A stretch of DNA of 52,021 nt, taken from a bacterium. GTDB lineage: Bacteria; Methylomirabilota; Methylomirabilia; CAVQYV01. The notes under the pieces are model-generated. The model was given only the letters and a program-made list of their open reading frames with translations, ran no database searches and was not told the origin of the DNA. Position 1 is the stretch's first letter; each line of letters starts with the position of its first letter. The stretch spans positions 1 to 52,021 of the forward strand of contig JAZDMQ010000063.1 in NCBI GenBank assembly GCA_043800755.1, written 5' to 3'. Below, piece by piece: positions 25,223 to 32,778 of this stretch. A program made the translations under genes and the position numbers.

Positions 25223-27127
25223 ATGGAGAGATCCAGCTATGCCTCTCAGATTCGTCTGGTCGTCCTCCTGCTCTTCTTCTTTCTGGTGGTCTTGAACCTG
25301 CAGATCACCTACCTTTTCGAGCAGACTAAGAGGAGGCTCAACCAAGAATTGGAATCCCGGATGGGATTGGCGGCCTCGGTCGTGCAGCAACACTGGGCGG
25401 CAACCGTCGCCAAAGAGAAAGAGAGGAAGGGGGAATTCCTCCTGGGGGAAGAGGACGTTGCGTTTCTGCAAGCCTGGGCCGGACAATCCGGGCTTGACCG
25501 CCTCCTGATTCTCAGAAGGGAGGGAAAGAGTCTATCGATCGAGGCAAAAGGGACGGCCTTCTCTATGTCTGTCCCCTTTTCCGGGGAGGAGAGCGAGGGC
25601 ATCCTGGAGCAGGCCTGGAAGGGGGCCGTGGTATCCACCCCCCTGCAGCGTGATCCGGAAAAAAGATATTATCGGGCTCTCTTCGCGCCCATCCAGAGGC
25701 CGGGGCAAGGAATCGTCGCCCTCGTTGGGGTCGTAGCCCCTGCGGACTTCTTGGGGAACATCTCTCGGCTCTCCTCCTACATCTTCTGTGGATTTCTGGT
25801 AGGTATCCCCGCCGCCCTCCTGATCTCTCTCTTCTTCATCGATTTCGTGCTGCGTCCCTATCGGCGGCTCTCCTCCGCCACCCCTTCTCTATCCGCCAAG
25901 GGGGATAGCTCCCCTGATGTCGAGGCGATCGTTTCCACCTACGAACGGATCATCCAGTCCCTTCGCGAGCAGGAGCTGGAACTGGCTCGCCTCTACCAGG
26001 TGGAGCAAAAGCGAGCCCAGGACCTGGAGAGCTACCAGAGATATCTTCTGAGTAATATCAGCTCTGGCGTGATTAGCCTGGACTCCGGGCTTCGGATCCA
26101 GGTGTGTAATGAGGTGGCCCGGGGCATTTTAGGCTTGCCGGAATCCGGGGTTCAGGGATACGATGCCCGGGAGGTCTTTGCCCGAATGCCCGAGCTCCTT
26201 TCTCTTCTGCAGGAGTCCTTAGGTGAAGGCAAGATCTTTCGGCGTCGGGAGTTGCGGATCGAAAGGGAGGGCGCGGATAGCTCCTGGATTGGTGTCTCCT
26301 CCTCGCTCCTGAGAGATGAAGCCGGGGTCCTTGGGGGGGCAATCTTCCTGCTGATCGATCTGACCGAAATCCGGGGGCTGCAAGAGCAGATGCGGATCAA
26401 GGAAAACCTGGCGGCCTTGGGGGAGATGTCTGCGGGGATCGCCCACGAGTTCAGGAACTCCCTTTCTGCCCTGTTGGCCCAATGCCGGCTGCTGCAGCGG
26501 CGGCTGCCGGAAGAGGAGGGGGGGAGAAAGACGCTGGCAGAGATGGTGGAGGAGATCCTCGCACTGGAAAGAGTCATCCAGAATTTTCTGAAGTTTGCTC
26601 GGCCCCAGGAATTGAAGGTCCAGCCCTTGGACCTCGCAGAGTTCCTGAGGGAGATAGGAGCCTCCTTCGCGGAACCGCTAGCCGAGGCTCGCATCAAGAT
26701 GATCATTGGGCCTGGTACGGATGCGTTCATTCAGGCCGATCCTCTCACCCTGAGACAGGCTATTGTCAACCTGATCCAGAATGCCCAGGAGGCAATGCCC
26801 GAGGGGGGGGAACTCGCGATTTCGGTCCAGATTCAGCGGAAGAGCCAAGGGTGGAAGAGGGGAAAGGACCTCTCTCGGGAAAAGGGATTTGCCCGGATCT
26901 CGGTTGTGGACAATGGAAGGGGAATGGGCGACGAGGAGAAGAAAAAGGCCTTCCTCCCCTTTTTCACGACCAAAGAGAAGGGAACCGGACTGGGATTGGC
27001 CCTGGTGCAAAAGGCGATTGTGGGGATGGGAGGAAAGATAGAGGTGGAAGGCGAGCTGGGGAAGGGATGTGCCTTTCATCTCTATCTGCCCCTGGTGCCC
27101 TTAACGGAGGAAAAAGGGAGTGGATAG
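25223..27127 (+). CDS. Membrane PAS histidine kinase (PilS2-like)
   Basis: Two TMs around a periplasmic domain, PAS, AHEFRNSL, NLIQNA, FFTTKEKGTGLGL. Confidence 0.88.
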   Translation: MERSSYASQIRLVVLLLFFFLVVLNLQITYLFEQTKRRLNQELESRMGLAASVVQQHWAATVAKEKERKGEFLLGEEDVAFLQAWAGQSGLDRLLILRREGKSLSIEAKGTAFSMSVPFSGEESEGILEQAWKGAVVSTPLQRDPEKRYYRALFAPIQRPGQGIVALVGVVAPADFLGNISRLSSYIFCGFLVGIPAALLISLFFIDFVLRPYRRLSSATPSLSAKGDSSPDVEAIVSTYERIIQSLREQELELARLYQVEQKRAQDLESYQRYLLSNISSGVISLDSGLRIQVCNEVARGILGLPESGVQGYDAREVFARMPELLSLLQESLGEGKIFRRRELRIEREGADSSWIGVSSSLLRDEAGVLGGAIFLLIDLTEIRGLQEQMRIKENLAALGEMSAGIAHEFRNSLSALLAQCRLLQRRLPEEEGGRKTLAEMVEEILALERVIQNFLKFARPQELKVQPLDLAEFLREIGASFAEPLAEARIKMIIGPGTDAFIQADPLTLRQAIVNLIQNAQEAMPEGGELAISVQIQRKSQGWKRGKDLSREKGFARISVVDNGRGMGDEEKKKAFLPFFTTKEKGTGLGLALVQKAIVGMGGKIEVEGELGKGCAFHLYLPLVPLTEEKGSG

Positions 27128-28490
27128 GATCCTGATCGTGGAGGATAAGGAGAGCCTGCGGCGCGTGCTGGCGGAGACCCTGGAGGGCGAAGGGTATGGG
27201 GTGGCCGAGGCGGCAGACGGCGAGGAAGCCATCCAGAAGTTATCGGGGGAGAGATTTGACCTTGTCCTCACCGACCTGAAGCTGCCCAGAAAGGATGGCA
27301 TAGAGGTCCTGAGGGCCGCCAAAGAAAATTCCCCTTCCGCTGCGGTGGTGCTGATGACCGGTTTTGGGACCATTGATCTCGCGGTACAGGCGATGAAGGA
27401 GGGGGCCTATGATTTCCTCTCCAAGCCGGTGGATACCAATTACCTCCTGGTGTTGATCGAGCGGGCATTGGAGAGGCAGCGGCTTTGGAGGGAAAACATC
27501 CTCTTCCGCTCCGAAATGGCCGAGCGGCTCTCCCTCCCCGAGATCGTGGGGAGATCTCCCAAGATCAAAGAGGCCTTCCTCCTCCTGGAAAAGGTAGCCC
27601 CCACTCCGGCGACCGTCTTCTTATCCGGGGAGAGTGGAACGGGAAAAGAGATATTCGCGCGGGCCCTACACTTTCTCAGTTCCCGGAGGAGCAGGCCCTT
27701 CGTGGCCATCAATTGTGCGGCCATCCCCGAGAACCTCCAGGAGAGCGAGCTCTTCGGATATGAGAAGGGGGCCTTCACCGGTGCAGACTCCCCGAAGCTG
27801 GGGAGGTTTGAACTGGCAGACAAGGGGACCCTCTTCCTCGACGAGGTGGGAGATCTCTCCCTGCCGACCCAGGCCAAGCTGCTGCGGGCGCTCCAAGAGG
27901 GGACCCTGGAAAGGGTGGGGGGCACCAAGAGCATCCATGTGGACGTCAGGTTTGTTGCCGCTACCAACCAGGACCTGGTCAAGGCAACTGATGAGAGGCG
28001 ATTCCGGGAAGACCTTTTCTATCGTCTCCATGTCTTCCCCATCCATTTGCCCCCCTTGCGCGAGAGGTCCGAAGATATCCCCCTGTTGGCCGAGCGCTTC
28101 GTGAATCGTTATGCCTTGGAGATGAAAAAGCCGGTGAAAGGGATCAGCAGCCAGGCCCTCCCCCTCCTCCAGCACTACAGCTGGCCAGGCAATGTGCGGG
28201 AGCTCCAGAATTGCATGGAACGGGCGGTCATCCTCTGCCCCCAGGGCGAGGTGGGAAGGCAGCACATCCAGTTTGGCCCGGAGCGGGGGGGAGATGCCCT
28301 GGAGATCTCCCTCGACTCCTCGGGCTCTCTGCTCGAGGCGTCCTCCAAGGCCGCCCGGGCTGTAGAGAAAAGGCTGATCCAGGAAGCCCTCCGGGAGAGC
28401 AAGGGCAACAAGTGGCAGGCCTCCAAGCGGCTGCGGGTCAGTTACAAAACCCTCTTCTCCAAGATCAAGGAGTTGGAGATCGAGACTTGA
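27120..28490 (+). CDS. sigma54-dependent response regulator (PilR2-like)
   Basis: Receiver domain, GESGTGKE, GAFTGA, WPGNVREL, HTH. Confidence 0.9.
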   Translation: MDRILIVEDKESLRRVLAETLEGEGYGVAEAADGEEAIQKLSGERFDLVLTDLKLPRKDGIEVLRAAKENSPSAAVVLMTGFGTIDLAVQAMKEGAYDFLSKPVDTNYLLVLIERALERQRLWRENILFRSEMAERLSLPEIVGRSPKIKEAFLLLEKVAPTPATVFLSGESGTGKEIFARALHFLSSRRSRPFVAINCAAIPENLQESELFGYEKGAFTGADSPKLGRFELADKGTLFLDEVGDLSLPTQAKLLRALQEGTLERVGGTKSIHVDVRFVAATNQDLVKATDERRFREDLFYRLHVFPIHLPPLRERSEDIPLLAERFVNRYALEMKKPVKGISSQALPLLQHYSWPGNVRELQNCMERAVILCPQGEVGRQHIQFGPERGGDALEISLDSSGSLLEASSKAARAVEKRLIQEALRESKGNKWQASKRLRVSYKTLFSKIKELEIET

Positions 28491-28930
28491 AAGCGGTGGT
28501 GCAAAGGGTGTCTTCCGCCTCAGTATCGGTGGCGCAGGAGGTGTTGGGCCAGATTGGCCCAGGGCTTTTGGTTTTACTGGGCATTGGCACGGAGGATTCG
28601 GAAACGGACCTGAATTGGATGGTCGATAAGATCCTTCATCTGCGATGTTTTGAGGATGAAGAAGGCAAGATGAATCTCTCCCTCCTGGATGCCGAGAAGG
28701 AAGTCCTCTGCGTCTCCCAGTTCACCCTCTATGGGGATTGCCGCCGTGGCCGGCGACCCAGTTTCGGCAAGGCCGCAGCCGCCCCCCAGGCCCTCCTCTT
28801 TTGCCAAAAATTCGTTGACAAGATGAGGGAAAAGGGTGTAGAAATCAAATTTGGAAGATTTGGGGCCAAGATGACGGTGGCCCTAAAGAACGAGGGACCC
28901 GTCACCTTGATCTTGGACAGCAGGACCTGA
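28487..28930 (+). CDS. dtd: D-aminoacyl-tRNA deacylase
   Basis: TTG start overlapping the upstream TGA. MKAVVQRV, SQFTL, GRRPSF, FGA.M, NEGPVT. Confidence 0.93.
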   Translation: MKAVVQRVSSASVSVAQEVLGQIGPGLLVLLGIGTEDSETDLNWMVDKILHLRCFEDEEGKMNLSLLDAEKEVLCVSQFTLYGDCRRGRRPSFGKAAAAPQALLFCQKFVDKMREKGVEIKFGRFGAKMTVALKNEGPVTLILDSRT

Positions 28931-28960
28931 CAATCATGTGGTGTAGGAGGAATCCCGCCG

Positions 28961-30607
28961 ATGGACAAGTTTTCAAACTCCAGGGAAGTGGTAGTGGCGC
29001 TCTCTCGGGATGGTATGAGGGAGAGGTACCGATCATTGTTTCATCTCATCTCGTCCAGAATTCAGCACTCCTTATATCGAATCCGCCTCAGTAAGGTATT
29101 CAAATCTCGTTTTTCAAAGGGCTTTGCTTCCTTAAAGCCCATCAGCGACCGCGCCCTTGAGATCCTGCCCGGGCTCACCACCCTGCTGGCGCTCTGTGTG
29201 TATCCCCTGCTTCAGTATGGCTCGCCGAAGATCTTCTATGCAGAGCTCTTTCAGATCCTCTTTATCTCTTTCTGGGTCGGGTTTCTGGTGGTCAACATGG
29301 CGAAGGGCCTGCGGACCAGGCGCGAGATCATAATCAACATGGACACCGACTGGATGAAGAAGCTGCAGAAGACAGGCCACGAGCCAGACGCCTACCTCGT
29401 CCTCATGCCCTTAAAGAGAGAGACCAACCGGCATGTGCTGTTTCAAACCTTCCTCTCCCTGGAGAGGCAGCAGTACCCAAAGGAGAAGATCACCGTCTTT
29501 CCCATCATGGAGGAGGAAGATCAAAAAACCATCGATCGGGTGATGGAGATCCTTCCCACCTTCAAAGGGAAATTGGACATCCGGGCCTTCATTTATCCGG
29601 CCCAAGGGCTTCCCAATCCCTGCAAGGCAACCTCCGTTTCCACGGTCGGACGCTGGCTCAGCCAACGCTGCGATGTCGGGGAACTGGTGCGCGACCAGAC
29701 GAAGGTCCTCATCATCGATGCGGACACCATCCTGCACCCTCAGGATCTGGCCTTTCGCGAGTATTCCCATCTGCAGGAAAGCCGCCGTGATGCCCAAGGC
29801 CGCAGAAGGGGAACGGTCCTGCAGTCTCTGACCACCTATACCTCAAATTACTGGAAGATCCCCATGCTTCCCCGGCTTCACAATACCGGTTTCGTCCTTT
29901 ACCAGATGGGGCGGATGCAGACCAGGACCGACTATTTGATCCTGGGGCCGGGAACCAGCTTCCCCTTCTCCATCTTTGAGACCGTCCGCTATTTTGAGCC
30001 CAACCGCCACAACGAGGATATGCAGTTCCGGTACAAGGTGGTCATGGAGGGATTTCGGGTAGTGCCCCTCAAGATACCCACCTGGGGCCAGGCACCCCTG
30101 ACCACCCGCGACTCTTGGGGTCAGATCGCTCGCTGGGCGAGGGGAGCGGCAGATGTAAAGTTTATTGTGAACTACCGACGGGCTCTGCCCCGGCTGGGCC
30201 ACTCCCTCAGCAGTTGGAAACCCCTCCTGGCGGCCCGTGCCCTGGTTGCCAATTCCACTCCACCCATCATGGTCCTTTTGCCCACGGAGTTGATCCTCAT
30301 GTCCTGGGTCTTTCCCCCCTTCGATCGTTTTGGGCTAGCAACCTCCCTCCATGCCTATCAGACCGTGGTCTTTACCCTGTCCATGATCATCGGGATGATC
30401 TTCGTGCCGCACCTTTTGAAGCCGATCATTTATCTTCCTCCTCCCAAGCGATGGAAGAAGATGCGGCGTCTCTTCGAGTGGTTTCGCCTGGTCTTCACTC
30501 CCATGAATTTCCACAATTACTACCTCATGGCCTTCGCCCAGCTCTACACCCAGACCCGGATGGCCCTGGGCCTTTCTATCTCCCATACGGAGGTTACTCG
30601 AAAATAG
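28961..30607 (+). CDS. Membrane GT2 glycosyltransferase (D,D,D,QxxRW type)
   Basis: IIDADT, NEDMQ, QIARWARG, with N- and C-terminal TM helices. Confidence 0.8.
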   Translation: MDKFSNSREVVVALSRDGMRERYRSLFHLISSRIQHSLYRIRLSKVFKSRFSKGFASLKPISDRALEILPGLTTLLALCVYPLLQYGSPKIFYAELFQILFISFWVGFLVVNMAKGLRTRREIIINMDTDWMKKLQKTGHEPDAYLVLMPLKRETNRHVLFQTFLSLERQQYPKEKITVFPIMEEEDQKTIDRVMEILPTFKGKLDIRAFIYPAQGLPNPCKATSVSTVGRWLSQRCDVGELVRDQTKVLIIDADTILHPQDLAFREYSHLQESRRDAQGRRRGTVLQSLTTYTSNYWKIPMLPRLHNTGFVLYQMGRMQTRTDYLILGPGTSFPFSIFETVRYFEPNRHNEDMQFRYKVVMEGFRVVPLKIPTWGQAPLTTRDSWGQIARWARGAADVKFIVNYRRALPRLGHSLSSWKPLLAARALVANSTPPIMVLLPTELILMSWVFPPFDRFGLATSLHAYQTVVFTLSMIIGMIFVPHLLKPIIYLPPPKRWKKMRRLFEWFRLVFTPMNFHNYYLMAFAQLYTQTRMALGLSISHTEVTRK

Positions 30608-30687
30608 TCTAAAATGCCGACCATCAGGACTGAAGACTCAAGGCCGGAGGGGAGATAGGTTGGGTCTTCGCGGGCCTTGAGCCTTTC

Positions 30688-31830
30688 ATGAATATCGGCA
30701 TCTTTACCTGCAATTACGCACCGCTCATCAACGGCCTCTCCTCTTCGATCGAGATCTTCTCTCGATCATTCAGGGCCAGGGGGCACCAGGTTTTCATCTT
30801 CGCCCCTGCCTACCCCGGATATCGGGAGACAGAGGAGGGGGTCTTTCGGTTTCCTTCCCTGCGGGTCCCTACCCACCACCAGTATACCCTGCCTCTCCCC
30901 TTCTCCCCTAAGATTAAGGCGTTGCTCCCGAGGTTGCAGTTGGATGTCCTCCATGCCCAACATCCCTTCCTCTTAGGATCTTTTGCCCTCCATGCGGCCC
31001 ACCGCCTGCACCTTCCCTTGGCCTTCACCCACCACACCCTCTATGAGGAGTACGCCCACTATGTGGCGATCCTCCCCGGCCTGGCCCAGAGGTTGGCGAT
31101 TCGCCGCTCCGTCTCCTTCGCCAACCAGGCGGATCTGGTGATTGCGCCCACCCGGGGGCTGAGGGATATCCTCAGGCAGCGGGGGGTTCGTTCCCGGATC
31201 GAGGTGGTGCCCACTGGGGTGGAGTTGGAAGGGGAGGGCCAAGGGGGCATAGATCCGTCCGAGCTCGGCATTCCGGGCTCCGGCAAGATCCTCCTCTCGG
31301 TGGGGCGCCTGGCGAAGGAGAAAAATCTGGAGGCCCTACTGGAGGCCTTCTCCCGACTGGCCGCTGAATCCCCTGATGGCTATTTGATCCTGGTGGGCAA
31401 GGGGGATGAGGAAGATCGCCTTAAGGCTTGGGTGAGACAGCGCGGGCTTGCGGCCCGAGTGAGATTTGTCGGCGCCCAGCCTCGGAGGGATCTGGCTCGC
31501 TACTATCGCGCGGCCCACCTCCTCCTCTTCTCCTCCCTCTCCGAAGCCCAGGGACTCGTGGTAGTGGAGTCAATGGCCCAGGGATTGCCGGTGGTCGCCT
31601 TGCGATCCTTTGCCGTGGAAGACCTGATCGAGGATGGCGTCAATGGCTATCTGGTGGAGGGAGTGGAGGACTTCGTCGCGCGGGCCCGGGAACTGCTCTT
31701 CGATGAAACCAAGAGAAGATCCTTTTCGGAAAAGGCGAGAGAAAAGGCCAGGGAATTCGCTGCCCCGGCCATGGCGGATAGGATGTTGGGCCTGTACCAG
31801 GAGCTGGTGGAGGCGAGGAAAGGATCATGA
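30688..31830 (+). CDS. GT4 glycosyltransferase (1,2-diacylglycerol glucosyltransferase-like)
   Basis: MNIGIFT..Y.P.ING, HAQHPF, HHTLYEEYAHY, VGRLAKEKN, EAQGLVVVESM (Ex7E). Confidence 0.88.
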   Translation: MNIGIFTCNYAPLINGLSSSIEIFSRSFRARGHQVFIFAPAYPGYRETEEGVFRFPSLRVPTHHQYTLPLPFSPKIKALLPRLQLDVLHAQHPFLLGSFALHAAHRLHLPLAFTHHTLYEEYAHYVAILPGLAQRLAIRRSVSFANQADLVIAPTRGLRDILRQRGVRSRIEVVPTGVELEGEGQGGIDPSELGIPGSGKILLSVGRLAKEKNLEALLEAFSRLAAESPDGYLILVGKGDEEDRLKAWVRQRGLAARVRFVGAQPRRDLARYYRAAHLLLFSSLSEAQGLVVVESMAQGLPVVALRSFAVEDLIEDGVNGYLVEGVEDFVARARELLFDETKRRSFSEKAREKAREFAAPAMADRMLGLYQELVEARKGS

Positions 31831-32711
31831 ATCCCGCGGTGGAGAGATTCTTCCAGTATCTGGCGGTCGAAAAGGGCCTCGCCGCCAATACCCAGGAGGC
31901 CTATCACCGGGACCTCATGAGGTTTCTGGGGTACCTGGGGGAGAAGGGAATCTCTCTGGGTGAGGTGCGGGAGGCAGAGATCGCTTCTTATCTTTACCAG
32001 CTGCGGAAGCAGGGGCTCTCCTCTCGGTCCCTGAGTCGAGCGATCTCTTGTCTTCGTAGCTTTTTTCGATTCTCCCTGGCGGAGGGGTTGCTCTCCTTCG
32101 ATCCCACCTCCCATCTGCAATCCCCACGCCTCCAGGCCAGACTACCCCATGCCCTCTCGGTGGAGGAGGTGGAAAGGCTCCTCTCCGCCCCTGCTGAGCA
32201 GACCCCGCGCCAGATCCGGGATAAAGCGATGCTGGAGGTCCTCTATGCGACGGGGATGAGGGCATCTGAACTGGTGGGCCTGCCGATCAGTTCGGTGGAC
32301 CTCACCGTGGGCTATGTGCGTTGCATGGGGAAGGGATCCAAGGAGAGGATCGTGCCTTTAGGATCCTCTGCCATTTCTTGTCTGAAGGGATATTTGGAGT
32401 CCTCCCGTCCCCGGCTCACCGAGGGAAGGTTGAACCCGTACCTGTTTGTAGGGCGGGCGGGTCGGCCCCTCACCCGGCAAGGGTTTTGGCAGATGATTCG
32501 GGTCTATGCCCTGAAGGCGGGCCTTACCAAGCGGGTTACCCCTCACACCTTGCGCCACTCCTTTGCGACCCACCTCCTCGAAGGAGGTGCCGATATCCGC
32601 TCGGTACAGATGATGCTCGGACACTCCGATATCTCCACCACCCAGATCTACACCCACATCACCCGTAAACGGTTGAAGGAGATCTACCGCCAGTTTCACC
32701 CCCGGGCCTGA
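31827..32711 (+). CDS. xerD: Tyrosine recombinase XerD
   Basis: EKGLAANT..AY.RDL, LYATGMRASEL, GKGSKER, TRQ.FW, PHTLRHSFATHLL.GGAD.R.VQ.MLGH.DISTTQIYTH, C-terminal HPRA. Confidence 0.95.
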   Translation: MNPAVERFFQYLAVEKGLAANTQEAYHRDLMRFLGYLGEKGISLGEVREAEIASYLYQLRKQGLSSRSLSRAISCLRSFFRFSLAEGLLSFDPTSHLQSPRLQARLPHALSVEEVERLLSAPAEQTPRQIRDKAMLEVLYATGMRASELVGLPISSVDLTVGYVRCMGKGSKERIVPLGSSAISCLKGYLESSRPRLTEGRLNPYLFVGRAGRPLTRQGFWQMIRVYALKAGLTKRVTPHTLRHSFATHLLEGGADIRSVQMMLGHSDISTTQIYTHITRKRLKEIYRQFHPRA

Positions 32712-32778
32712 AGATGCATCGCGCCCAATCCCCGCCCCCGGCTGTGCCGTCACCGAGCGCCTTTAGCCCAAATTCTTT

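Noticed and set aside
28211..28486. N-terminal extension of Dtd shown in the ORF track
   Set aside because: It overlaps the response regulator. The Dtd consensus begins at TTG 28487, coupled to the upstream stop.
31827..32711. Phage or island integrase
   Set aside because: Length and motifs (TRQ.FW, GGAD.R.VQ, terminal HPRA) identify housekeeping XerD, and no phage or conjugation genes are nearby.
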